From: Myxococcota bacterium
GTDB taxonomy: Bacteria > Myxococcota_A > UBA796 > GCA-2862545
Length of the DNA stretch: 64,000 nucleotides
Direction of reading: 5' to 3'
NCBI GenBank assembly: GCA_047626195.1
Contig: JBLHSN010000002.1
Coordinates: forward strand, 229-64,228
Position numbers and translations under genes: made by a program. Below the pieces are notes generated by a model that searched no databases, was not told the origin of the DNA, and saw nothing but the letters and a program-made list of their open reading frames with translations. Of the stretch, positions 55,332 to 64,000 are shown piece by piece (within the stretch, counting starts at the first letter, position 1; every line of letters begins with the position of its first letter).

Positions 55332-56693
55332 ATGGGTCCAGATGACAACCGCCATTCGGTGCATCCGAATGCCGTTGAGGCGGAGCGTGCACTGTTGGGC
55401 GGGCTCATCCAACGTCCAGATGTGCTCGAAGAGATCCGTCGTGACTTAGATGCGGCCGACTTTTGGCGAGACGACCACCGTCTACTGTTCACACTGCTCG
55501 TTGAGATGCAGTTGAATGGTGAAGCCATTGACCTCATCACCATTCCGGAACGTGTGCTGCGAACCGGTACGCCTGGTAAGTACGGTGGCATCGCGTATGT
55601 CATTGAGCTGCCGGAACACGCGCCATCTACGGTGAATCTCGAGCACTATGCTGGCCTCATTCGCAGCAAGTCTTTGCTGCGTCAGATGATGACCCTCGGT
55701 AACGAGCTGACCACTCACGCTTCGCGCCACCCAGACGACGTAAACAGCTTGTTGGACAAGACCACAAGCGAGCTCGTGCGGCTGTCGTCGCAAGGAAGCG
55801 CCGGCAAGCAGTGGCATCCGATCAGCATCATCGTCGACGACGAGATCATGAAGTTTGAAGAGCTGGCCTCAAAGGGGGGCGGCGAGAACGTAGGTCTGTC
55901 ATCGGGGTTTGCACGCTTGGACAAGATGACTGCTGGTTTCCAGAAAGGAGACCTGCTCATACTCGCGGCGCGGCCTTCCATGGGCAAGACGGCGCTCGCA
56001 CTGAACCTTGCGCTGAATGCCGCCATTTTGGATGGCGCCGGTGTTGGCATCTACTCCCTTGAGATGGGCCGCCACTCTCTTGTAGACCGCTTCTTCTGTA
56101 GTCTGGGCATGGTCGACGGAACGAAGCTGCGCACCGGCGATCTAGATGCAGACGACTGGGAGCGCCTGCACAAGGCCTCGGAACAGCTTCGGCGGTTGAA
56201 GATCCACATCAACGACAAGCCTGGCCTGAATGTGGCGGAAATTCGCGCTTCGGCGCTCCAGCTTAAAGCTCAAGATCCAACCCTGGGCCTCATATTGCTC
56301 GATTATCTGCAATTGATGGGAGCAATGGATCCGAAGCTGCCGCGCGTCCAACAGGTCTCCAACATGAGTCGGGGTCTCAAAGCGCTGGCGAAAGATCTGG
56401 AAGTCCCAGTCATCGCGTTGTCCCAGCTGTCTCGTGGCGTCGAGCAGCGCCAAGACAAGCGACCGATGATGTCTGATCTGCGCGAGTCTGGGGCTATCGA
56501 GCAGGACGCGGACGTGATCATGTTCATCTACCGCGATGAGTACTACGACCCGGACAGCGCGGATCAGGGGCTGGCCGAGATTATCATCGCTAAGCAGCGC
56601 AATGGCCCAACAGGTACGGTGAAGCTTGCTTTTCAGAAGCAGTACACCCTGTTCAACGACGTTGCGGAAGGAGATTGGCTGGCCGGCATGTGA
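55332..56693 (+). CDS. dnaB: replicative DNA helicase
   Basis: 453 aa. N-terminus PNAVEAERALLGGLI, Walker A AARPSMGKTALALN, Walker B LILLDYLQLM, ALSQLSRGVEQR, IIAKQRNGPTG. No intein-sized insertion. Confidence 0.95.
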   Translation: MGPDDNRHSVHPNAVEAERALLGGLIQRPDVLEEIRRDLDAADFWRDDHRLLFTLLVEMQLNGEAIDLITIPERVLRTGTPGKYGGIAYVIELPEHAPSTVNLEHYAGLIRSKSLLRQMMTLGNELTTHASRHPDDVNSLLDKTTSELVRLSSQGSAGKQWHPISIIVDDEIMKFEELASKGGGENVGLSSGFARLDKMTAGFQKGDLLILAARPSMGKTALALNLALNAAILDGAGVGIYSLEMGRHSLVDRFFCSLGMVDGTKLRTGDLDADDWERLHKASEQLRRLKIHINDKPGLNVAEIRASALQLKAQDPTLGLILLDYLQLMGAMDPKLPRVQQVSNMSRGLKALAKDLEVPVIALSQLSRGVEQRQDKRPMMSDLRESGAIEQDADVIMFIYRDEYYDPDSADQGLAEIIIAKQRNGPTGTVKLAFQKQYTLFNDVAEGDWLAGM

Positions 56694-56897
56694 GCGCTGT
56701 GCGCCACTGCGCTGCGGAATGCAGACTGGGCTGATGTGTTGGGGGCTGTTGTTGACGGCGCGAAGGCAAGGTTCAAGCCACATCGGACCCCGAAATGGGC
56801 CGACCCTCACTCGGTACCTTGACCCCACGCGCTCGGTCCGGTAGCAATGGTGGCCGTCGCGGGGGGGACCCGCAGACATGCACATTAGCTTCTGTAG

Positions 56898-58064
56898 ATG
56901 AAGGCGGGATCCATGGACCAGTCCGAGTTGTTGGCGGACTTCCAAAGCAAAGTCGATGATGTTGTTAAGTTTCAAAACTTCATCGATAAAGCTACGGCGA
57001 AGGCAAGCAGTTTCACCGCGAAAGTGGTGGAGAAGGTCGTCACAGACAACACCGCAAAGCGCGATGTTGTTGTTGAGGCGCTACTCCCACTCATTGAGCA
57101 AGTTCAGTCCTCTGTAACTTTGCTTGAGTCGGATAAGAACGGCATCGTGTCGGGGCAGGAAGCTTCGCGTGGCGAATTGGAGGAGCTTGAGCTCCGCCTC
57201 GCCATCGAAGAACTGACCCAAGATGAGTTCGATGCCAAAGCTGCTGACTTGCAAGAGGAAGTTGCGCAGGGAAATAAGGAAATCGGCTCGATCGATGACC
57301 AACTGCAAACCATTCAGACGGAACTAGACCGCTGGATTGAGGTTGCGGCGAACGCAGGTGTTGCGGATGGTCTGGGCCACGCCCCTGAACCTGAACCTGA
57401 ACCCGAGCCAGAGTCTGAACCTGACGGTGAAGACGCGGCTTTCCAGACCCAGCTTGCGGGTACGGATGAAGCCGAAGAGGGACTCTTTGGTGATTTCGAC
57501 ATCGGCGGGTCGGACGAAGACATCCTGGTTGGCAGCGAGCCGGAGCCCGACCTGAGCGGGTTTGAAGGCAGCGACGGTACCGAAGGTATCTTCACCGAGT
57601 CGGTCAGTATTAGCGAAGACGTCTCTGTCGTCTTCGGTGATGATGACAGCGACGACGGTCTCGACCTCGAAGTCGGAGACATGGACACCCTCGTTGACGA
57701 CGACCTCGTTGAGATGGGCGACGACAGCGACGCCGGCGATGACAGCGACGATTCCGAGGGCGGAGAGCGTCACGCGGTCATGCTGTACCAGGAGGGAACT
57801 GCCGAAGAGCAGATCTACCCGTTCAGCAACGATGTGCTGACTCTGGGCCGCGGCCGTGACAACGACATTCAAGTCAAGAACGACTCGAAGGTCTCACGCT
57901 ACCACTGCAAGCTGTACCGCCGCAGCGGCAACTTCTACATTGAAGACAACAAGTCCGCGAACGGTACGCTGGTCAACGGAGAGCTGATCACGGAACGCCG
58001 TTTGTTCGGTGGTGAGGAGATTATCATCGGTGAGACCTTCTTCCGCTTCCGGATTATGGACTGA
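56898..58064 (+). CDS. FHA domain protein with coiled-coil N-terminus and highly acidic linker
   Basis: C-terminal FHA: LTLGRGRDNDIQVKNDSKVSRYHCKLYRR...YIEDNKSANGTLVNGE. Central region with (PE)n and D/E-rich sequence. An alternative ATG lies at 56913. Confidence 0.8.
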   Translation: MKAGSMDQSELLADFQSKVDDVVKFQNFIDKATAKASSFTAKVVEKVVTDNTAKRDVVVEALLPLIEQVQSSVTLLESDKNGIVSGQEASRGELEELELRLAIEELTQDEFDAKAADLQEEVAQGNKEIGSIDDQLQTIQTELDRWIEVAANAGVADGLGHAPEPEPEPEPESEPDGEDAAFQTQLAGTDEAEEGLFGDFDIGGSDEDILVGSEPEPDLSGFEGSDGTEGIFTESVSISEDVSVVFGDDDSDDGLDLEVGDMDTLVDDDLVEMGDDSDAGDDSDDSEGGERHAVMLYQEGTAEEQIYPFSNDVLTLGRGRDNDIQVKNDSKVSRYHCKLYRRSGNFYIEDNKSANGTLVNGELITERRLFGGEEIIIGETFFRFRIMD

Positions 58065-58115
58065 CCGTTTGATGGTTGTGTAAGTGGCTGTAAGAAATCG
58101 CTACACTCATTTGAG

Positions 58116-58158
58116 TCCCCCTGCGGTATGGTTGAATCATCCGCTGGGGGATTTCTCT
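58116..58158 (+). terminator. candidate terminator hairpin after the FHA gene
   Basis: tccccctgcgg (58116-58126) pairs with ccgctggggga (58141-58151) at 10 of 11 bp, with a 14-nt loop, followed by tttctct. Confidence 0.35.
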
Positions 58159-58213
58159 GTCTAAGACTACGCCAGAACAGACGCTCTACTACACTACTCA
58201 TCAGGTTGCGGGC

Positions 58214-58777
58214 ATGTTTGGTGTGTCGCTGGGCACTGTCGCGAACTGGGTCGACAGCGGGCGTTTGCCTGCCCACCGCACCCCTGGTGGTCACCGACGT
58301 ATCGGTTCAGTAGATCTCCGGATGTTCGCGGATGCCCTCGATTATGCGGTGCCGGACACGATGTTACCATCGGCGGGCAAACCGCTGCGTGTCTTGGTTG
58401 TGGACGACGAACCTGACTTCTTGTTGCTTGTGTGCGAGACGTTGGCGAGCTCCGAAGGAATCGAGGTCGCCACTGCGAACTCGGGTTTCCTTGCTGGCTT
58501 GGAAATCGGCCGTTTGTTGCCAGACCTCGTGTTGCTTGACTTGATGATGCCGGACATTGATGGATTCGAGGTTTTTCGCATGCTCAAGGAGCGCGAAGAA
58601 CTGCGAGACATACCGGTGGTTGCGTGCACGGCGTTCGCGGACAGCAGCATCCGGCAGCGAGTGAAGGAGGCCGGCTTCACAGGGTTCCTGCCGAAGCCGA
58701 TGGTCTTTGTTGATCTAGAGAACACCCTGCGCGGCTTCCTCGACGCCAACAAGGCCGCGGCCCTCACAAAGGGCTAG
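58214..58777 (+). CDS. response regulator with N-terminal excisionase/MerR-type HTH
   Basis: HTH: (YYTTHQVAG)MFGVSLGTVANWVDSGRLPAHRTPGGHRRI. Receiver: LRVLVVDDEPDF...DLVLLDLMMPDIDGF...PKP. The true start is probably upstream of ATG 58214 (see findings). Confidence 0.75.
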   Translation: MFGVSLGTVANWVDSGRLPAHRTPGGHRRIGSVDLRMFADALDYAVPDTMLPSAGKPLRVLVVDDEPDFLLLVCETLASSEGIEVATANSGFLAGLEIGRLLPDLVLLDLMMPDIDGFEVFRMLKEREELRDIPVVACTAFADSSIRQRVKEAGFTGFLPKPMVFVDLENTLRGFLDANKAAALTKG

Positions 58778-58804
58778 AGACGCGCCCCGTCTGTTGGGGG
58801 ATTC

Positions 58805-60166
58805 GTGTCCGAGCCGATTTCGTCACCCATTCGTGCTCCCGGCGATAACGCTGAGGAGGTGCGCACCTTGTGGCGTCTCGGCTGGCCTGTGGCACTTGGC
58901 GGAGTGGGGATGCTCGGCATGGGAGCCGTTGACACCGCGATGGTCGGACCGCTCGGCGAACAAGCTCTCGCTGCACTGTCTGCCTCAAATATGTGGGTGC
59001 ATGGCTTGGCGGTGTTTGGCCGCGGCATCATGATGGGCGTTGACCCCATTGTCTCGCAGGCCCATGGTCGAGGAGACTCGCAGCGTATCGCGGGCGCGGC
59101 GAGAGCCGTGCTGCTGTTGGCTGTGCTCATCGCCATACCGCTGTGGGGAGGCTACCAACTGGCTGCCTCCGGGTTGCAAGCGCTCGGACAGCCGGCTGAG
59201 ATCCTTCCCGATGTGGCGCTGTATTGCCGGGCTGTGGCGCTGGGCGTGCCAGGTTTCATGGTGTTTTGGGCGGTACGGCAGCTGATGCAGGGTGTTGAGG
59301 TCATGCGGCCTGCGACGATTGCCATCATCGTTGCCAACGTTCTAAACGTGTTTCTGAACGCTTGTTTTGTTCATGGATGGCTTGGCGCACCTGCTCTGGG
59401 TGTAGTCGGGGCTGGGTATGCGACGGCAGGCTCGTCGTGGTGCATGGCGTTCATGTTGGTATGGTTGTGTCGCGCCGATTTACTACGCCTGCTGAAGCAG
59501 CCATCGCAGCACGGGATTGTGCACCACGCACGAGATATTGTGTTGATGGGGTCGCCGGTTGCCGTGCAGCTTGGCATCGAGATCTGGGGTTTTGTTGCAG
59601 CCGGAGTGATGATTGGCTGGATGGGAACCACCGCTCTGGCTGGGCACGCGATCGCCCTTCTTGTGGCAAGCATCTCATTCATGGTTCCACTCGGCATTGG
59701 GAGCGGCGCCACGACACGGGTAGGCAATCTACTCGGCGCTGGGTTTCCATGGCAGCGCAGTGGATGGCTTGCGATTGCGCTCGGGGGCAGCATCTCCACT
59801 GTGGCGGCAGTGGTCTTTGTGACGCTTCCAGGACCCATTGCCCGTCTGTTCACTCCGGACGCTGCTGTTGTGGGGGTTGTGGTCATACTGCTACCGATTG
59901 CCGCCACCTTTCAGGTCGTCGATGGGCTCCAGGTCACAGCTCAAGGCGTGCTGCGCGGGATTGGGGATGTCCGCATGCCGATGGTCTTCAATGTGCTGGC
60001 ACACTGGTGCGTCGGTATGCCTACTGCAGCGGTGTTGGCCTTTTGGTTGGACTGGGGCGTTGCCGGCGTATGGTGGGGCCTAGTAGCTGGCCTATCGACG
60101 GTCGGGGTGCTGGTTCTACTTCGGCTTCTCCAGCTGGGAGCGCGGCCACTTCGATCGAGCGCCTGA
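58805..60166 (+). CDS. MATE family efflux transporter
   Basis: GTG start. 453 aa, ~12 hydrophobic segments. The N-terminus LWRLGWPVALGGVGMLGMGAVDTAMVGPLGEQALAAL is typical of NorM/DinF-type MATE proteins. Confidence 0.8.
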   Translation: MSEPISSPIRAPGDNAEEVRTLWRLGWPVALGGVGMLGMGAVDTAMVGPLGEQALAALSASNMWVHGLAVFGRGIMMGVDPIVSQAHGRGDSQRIAGAARAVLLLAVLIAIPLWGGYQLAASGLQALGQPAEILPDVALYCRAVALGVPGFMVFWAVRQLMQGVEVMRPATIAIIVANVLNVFLNACFVHGWLGAPALGVVGAGYATAGSSWCMAFMLVWLCRADLLRLLKQPSQHGIVHHARDIVLMGSPVAVQLGIEIWGFVAAGVMIGWMGTTALAGHAIALLVASISFMVPLGIGSGATTRVGNLLGAGFPWQRSGWLAIALGGSISTVAAVVFVTLPGPIARLFTPDAAVVGVVVILLPIAATFQVVDGLQVTAQGVLRGIGDVRMPMVFNVLAHWCVGMPTAAVLAFWLDWGVAGVWWGLVAGLSTVGVLVLLRLLQLGARPLRSSA

Positions 60167-60187
60167 ATTCGCTGGCGCATAATATGT

Positions 60188-60616
60188 GTGCGCTATATGC
60201 GCGCGGCCATGACTTGGCGCGCCACATTGCCGGACCTGCTGACAGCGGGAACTTTCCGCACACAAGCAGCAATTGTCGAGGCACTAGAGCGGCGCGGTGC
60301 TGTGATTGACCAGTCCGCGGTGTCCCGTGAGCTGCGTCGACTAGGTGTGAGGAAGGTGGCGGGGTGCTACCGCATGCCGGGACAGCCCTCACTAGGTGCG
60401 CCGATACACTCGCTAAATGTGGCGTACGGGGGCGGGCTTGCTGTCCTCACCACGGAACCCGCGTTTGCCGCGGTCGTCGCCAATGCCATTGACCAATCCC
60501 ATGTCCCCGGCGTGCTCGGCACGATTGCGGGAGACGATACCGTCATGGTTGCGCTAGGCACGACCACCGCTGTGCGCGCGCTGCGCCAGCTGGTGGGACT
60601 GCCGGAAGCCAACTGA
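60188..60616 (+). CDS. argR: arginine repressor
   Basis: wHTH TQAAIVEALERRGAVIDQSAVSRELRRLGVRKV. C-terminal oligomerisation/Arg-binding motif GTIAGDDTVMVAL. The start could be GTG 60188, ATG 60197 or ATG 60209. Confidence 0.75.
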   Translation: MRYMRAAMTWRATLPDLLTAGTFRTQAAIVEALERRGAVIDQSAVSRELRRLGVRKVAGCYRMPGQPSLGAPIHSLNVAYGGGLAVLTTEPAFAAVVANAIDQSHVPGVLGTIAGDDTVMVALGTTTAVRALRQLVGLPEAN

Positions 60617-60638
60617 ACACTTCGCTCGTGGAGCTGTC

Positions 60639-61850
60639 TTGAAACAACCCGTCGCCGTGGCCTTTTCTGGAGGTCTCGATACTAGCTGGCTCGTCGCACG
60701 TATGGCCGAAGCCGGGCATCCCGTCACCGCCATCAGCATCAATACCGGTGCTTGGGAAGACGATGGCATCGGTGCCCTCGCTGCCCATGCGAAGGCCCTT
60801 GGAGCGACCGAACACGTCGCTATCGACGGTCGTGACTCGCTGTATGACGACCATATCGCGTGGCTCATCCGCGGGAACGTCCTGCGTGGCCAGGTCTACC
60901 CGCTGTGTGTTGGCGTTGAGCGCGTGGTTCAAGCCCGACTCTTTGCAGACGCTGCTGCCAAGCGAAACATTGAGCTTCTCGTCCATGGGTCTACTGGCGC
61001 CGGCAATGACCAAGTTCGGTTCGACGTGACCCTGCGCGCGGTTGCCCCAAAAGCAACCGTGCTCGCGCCCATTCGCGACGAATCGATCTCCCGCGAACAC
61101 AGCGCATCTTGGCTGGCGGAGCGCGGACTCGGACCCATGCAGGATGATGTGGAAGTCTCCATCAACGATGGCCTGTGGGGAACCACAGCCGGTGGACGCG
61201 AGACCCATGACCCGTGGTTGGCCCCGGAAGAGACGTCCTACATTCGCACGACTAAGCCAACCGACGCGCCAGCAGACGGCGTTGACGTCATCTTGGACTT
61301 CGTAGACGGCCTTCCCGTTGCCATTGATGGTCAAGCCATCCGCGGTTGGCATGCGGTAGCGGCGCTCAACGCTCTCGGCGCAGCGCACGGCGTTGGACGC
61401 GGCATTCATCTGGGTGACACCATCCTCGGCATCAAGGGCCGCATTGCCTTTGAGGCTCCAGGCGCCTTCATTGTGCTTCCAGCTCACCGTGAGCTGGAGA
61501 AGCTAGTCCTGACCCCGCAGCAGCGGTTCTGGAAAGACCACCTCGGCGAGCTGTACGGGCAGTTGGTGCATGAAGCCAAGCTTCTCGACCCACTCGCGCG
61601 CGACATTGAGGCCTTCTTGGCCAGCTCGCAAGAGCGTGTTGCCGGGCAGGTTCGCATCACTCTTCGCCAGGGCCATGTTCAGGTCACTGGTGTGCGCAGC
61701 CCTTGGTCGATGCATGCCGTGCAGCAGACCGCTTACGGCGAACACACTGAATTGTGGACGGGTGCGGATGCCAAGGGCTTCTCGCTTATCCACGGTACTT
61801 CTCAGTGGCTGGCTGCGCAAGCCAAGCGCGAAGCAGAGTTGCAATCATGA
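60639..61850 (+). CDS. argG: argininosuccinate synthase
   Basis: TTG start after GGAG. VAFSGGLDTS, HGSTGAGNDQVRF. 403 aa. Confidence 0.95.
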   Translation: MKQPVAVAFSGGLDTSWLVARMAEAGHPVTAISINTGAWEDDGIGALAAHAKALGATEHVAIDGRDSLYDDHIAWLIRGNVLRGQVYPLCVGVERVVQARLFADAAAKRNIELLVHGSTGAGNDQVRFDVTLRAVAPKATVLAPIRDESISREHSASWLAERGLGPMQDDVEVSINDGLWGTTAGGRETHDPWLAPEETSYIRTTKPTDAPADGVDVILDFVDGLPVAIDGQAIRGWHAVAALNALGAAHGVGRGIHLGDTILGIKGRIAFEAPGAFIVLPAHRELEKLVLTPQQRFWKDHLGELYGQLVHEAKLLDPLARDIEAFLASSQERVAGQVRITLRQGHVQVTGVRSPWSMHAVQQTAYGEHTELWTGADAKGFSLIHGTSQWLAAQAKREAELQS

Positions 61851-62911
61851 GAGTCAAGCTCGACAAAGTGGCGTCATCTACGAGGAACGTGCCACTGCAT
61901 GACATGGTCGTCCTCGGAGAAGACATTCCGGCTAAGCCCGGTGTCATCATCGCAGTGCGCGTACTCGACGAGAAAGCGGTCTACAACAAGGTTGAAGACG
62001 TTCACGGCCGAATGATGACCGTACATAAAGGCGACGTGGTCGCCGGCGTTCTCGGTGAGCGACGTGCCCTTCGTGGCTACAGCGGGGTGGTCCCAAAGTC
62101 CGTCAAGAAGGGCGACATCCTTCACCTGCTGAACCTCGGTGGCATCATTGGTGAGTGCACCTCGGCTAATCCTGAAGTCGGACCGCCCGCTCGCGCCGAA
62201 GTCTTGGGAGTTGTTCTGACCTTCCACAGTGGTGAGCGTCGCGACGGTCAGCCGGCGAATATTTTCCCGGGACCGGTGGCGCTGCGTGACGTCGTTCCCC
62301 AGCTGCCGCCGCTGGTCTTCGTGGCCGGAACCTGTATGCACGCTGGCAAGACGGCTGCAGCCTCGATTCTCATTCGTCAGCTGACAGCCCGCGGTCTTCG
62401 TGTTGGAGCGACGAAGGTCACCGGCGTGGCGCTGCGTCGCGACTCTCTGGAAATGCAGGATCACGGCGCGGTTTGTGCCATCACATTCAATGATGCTGGC
62501 CTAGCGTCGACAACCGGCCAAGATGCCGTATGTCCTGCACGTGGCTGCTTGGCTGCGGTAGCCGACCATCGCGTCGACGTCATTGTGGCCGAGCTTGGAG
62601 ACGGCTTGCTCGGAGAGTACGGGGTGGCTGATATTCTGGCTGCCGCAGATGTCCGCGAGCAGACCCAAGCCATCATTCTTGCAGCGACGGACCCCGTCGC
62701 TGGATGGGGTGGGGTCAAGCTACTCGAAGAGCTGGGCTACACCACCACTGTGGTGACCGGTCCGGCGACGGACAATAGTGCCGGGACCAACGCTATCAAA
62801 AGTCGCACCGGGACGCCCGCTATCAACGCATTCAAGGACCCAGAGGCCTTCGCCGACTGTGTGCTGCGTAGTCTCTCAGTGTCCGTGCCAGCCCAGCTTG
62901 GAGTGTCATGA
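61847..62911 (+). CDS. uncharacterised protein with BioD/CobQ-type P-loop, embedded in the arg operon
   Basis: ATG 61847 overlaps the argG TGA, and its own TGA overlaps the argC ATG (two ATGA junctions). 354 aa. The N-terminal ~170 aa are beta-rich. Then LVFVAGTCMHAGKTAAASILIRQLTARGLRVGATKVTGV (GTxxxxGKT...K.TG). Confidence 0.55.
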   Translation: MRVKLDKVASSTRNVPLHDMVVLGEDIPAKPGVIIAVRVLDEKAVYNKVEDVHGRMMTVHKGDVVAGVLGERRALRGYSGVVPKSVKKGDILHLLNLGGIIGECTSANPEVGPPARAEVLGVVLTFHSGERRDGQPANIFPGPVALRDVVPQLPPLVFVAGTCMHAGKTAAASILIRQLTARGLRVGATKVTGVALRRDSLEMQDHGAVCAITFNDAGLASTTGQDAVCPARGCLAAVADHRVDVIVAELGDGLLGEYGVADILAAADVREQTQAIILAATDPVAGWGGVKLLEELGYTTTVVTGPATDNSAGTNAIKSRTGTPAINAFKDPEAFADCVLRSLSVSVPAQLGVS

Positions 62912-63861
62912 GCATTCGTGTCGGCGTGGTAGGCGCTGCTGGCTACGTCGGCAGTGAGATGTGCAGGTGGGTCCTGGCTCACCCGGACATGACGTTGAGT
63001 ATGGCCGTGTCGCGTTCGCGCGTTGGCAAGCCACTAAGCTCGGCCGTTCCAGCGCTGCTTGGTGCCACGGACCTGTGTTTCTCGGGCTTTGAACCCGAAG
63101 CTCTGTGCGCCCTCGACGTGGTTATTCTCGCAACGCCACATGGTGCGGCTGCAGGACTTGCTGCTCAATTGAGCGATGCACCGGTCCTCTTGGACTGCAG
63201 TCGTGACCACCGTCATGCCGTTGGCTGGGTCTTCGGCCAGCCCGAGTGGCATGCTGAGCAGCTCGTTGGAGCTAAGCGCATTGCGGCCCCCGGATGTTTC
63301 GCCACGGCACTCATGCTCTCAGCGGCTCCGTTCGTTGACGCGGGCGTTGTTGCCGGAGACATCCAGGTTGTCGCGGCTACGGGCTCAACGGGGTCAGGCG
63401 CCAGCGCGTCGGCTGCGACGCATCACCCTGAACGCTTTGTGAACCTCAAGGCGTACAAGGTGCTCACCCACCAGCACGTTCCCGAAGTACTGACCTTCTT
63501 GGCCGGTCTGGGAGCGCAGCCTACGGTGAACTTCGTGCCTTGGTCGGCTCCGGTGGACCGCGGCATCTTTGCGACTAGCTTCATTCCGATGGCGCCAGGA
63601 ACGGATGCAGCCTCCGTGGTTGAAGCAGCATATGGCAATCGACGATTCATTCGCCTACGTGATGGCACGCCACAGCTTCGCCATGTACGTGGGACTGCTT
63701 TCTGCGATATCTCTGTCCATCAAGACGGCGATACCGCCGTAGTCTTGGCTGCCATAGACAACTTGGGAAGGGGGGCCGCCGCACAAGCGATGCAAGCCCT
63801 CAATCTTGCACTCGGCTTGCGTGAAGACGCAGCCATCGGCGTGTTCGCCGCTACTCCCTGA
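62908..63861 (+). CDS. argC: N-acetyl-gamma-glutamyl-phosphate reductase (short type)
   Basis: IRVGVVGAAGYVGSE. Active-site APGCFATA. 317 aa. Confidence 0.9.
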   Translation: MSIRVGVVGAAGYVGSEMCRWVLAHPDMTLSMAVSRSRVGKPLSSAVPALLGATDLCFSGFEPEALCALDVVILATPHGAAAGLAAQLSDAPVLLDCSRDHRHAVGWVFGQPEWHAEQLVGAKRIAAPGCFATALMLSAAPFVDAGVVAGDIQVVAATGSTGSGASASAATHHPERFVNLKAYKVLTHQHVPEVLTFLAGLGAQPTVNFVPWSAPVDRGIFATSFIPMAPGTDAASVVEAAYGNRRFIRLRDGTPQLRHVRGTAFCDISVHQDGDTAVVLAAIDNLGRGAAAQAMQALNLALGLREDAAIGVFAATP

Positions 63862-63872
63862 AGGACGCGCTC

Positions 63873-64000
63873 ATGCCGCACCTCGACACCATTGGTCCCA
63901 ATAAACTCCCCATCACCCTGCATTCTGGCGAAGGCGCTTTGTTGTGGGACACCGGCGGACGCACCTACTGGGATTTTTACGGTGGCCACGCCGTCACTAT
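63873..64000 (+). CDS. argD: acetylornithine aminotransferase (class III), 5' fragment
   Basis: MPHLDTIGPNKLPITLHSGEGALLWDTGGRTYWDFYGGHAVT matches the ArgD N-terminal pattern (GeG..lwD..G..y.DF.gG.AV). Follows argC. Truncated by the window edge. Confidence 0.65.
   Translation, partial: MPHLDTIGPNKLPITLHSGEGALLWDTGGRTYWDFYGGHAVT

Noticed and set aside
59362-60309. 315-aa alternative-frame ORF inside the MATE gene and reaching into argR
   Set aside because: The product is Arg/Cys/Trp-rich. The MATE frame gives 12 clean hydrophobic segments, and the ORF crosses a gene boundary.

Overview
High-GC (roughly 55-68% by hand counts of single lines) bacterial chromosomal segment. It is very densely packed: about 58 CDS and 1 tRNA, and many junctions are ATGA or TAATG overlaps. 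I saw no rRNA, CRISPR array, transposase, integrase or reverse transcriptase. The acidic proteome, many lipoproteins, a sigma-54-type promoter and the gene content suggest a Myxococcota/Bradymonadia-like deltaproteobacterium; this is inference only. Layout: (1) 1.5-18.2 kb holds a complete type II secretion operon, gspC-C'-D-E-F-G'-G-H-I-J-K-L-M-N plus a terminal lipoprotein, with duplicated GspC and GspG. (2) 18-26.9 kb holds an EEP nuclease/phosphatase lipoprotein, a metallophosphoesterase, pabB, thiE, an MltD-like LysM transglycosylase and moeA-mobA. (3) 27-33.4 kb holds four genes of unknown function: a coiled-coil protein and an orphan on the + strand, converging on an active GHKL ATPase and a 966-aa degenerate GHKL paralog on the - strand. 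This is my best candidate for an undescribed system. (4) 33.4-46.9 kb holds tyrA coupled to a di-iron ferritin-like protein, plus pirin, bestrophin, a parvulin, a porin, a 1013-aa PHP-domain lipoprotein and serA. (5) 47-51.4 kb holds a NYN-LOTUS protein with a highly repetitive tail, divergent from a MoxR AAA+/VWA pair, then tRNA-Gln. (6) 51.4-64 kb holds prs, rplY, pth, rpsF, rplI, dnaB, an FHA protein, an HTH-REC regulator, a MATE pump, and argR-argG-(unknown P-loop protein)-argC-argD. All product calls rest on motifs I recognised by eye. No database search was run.
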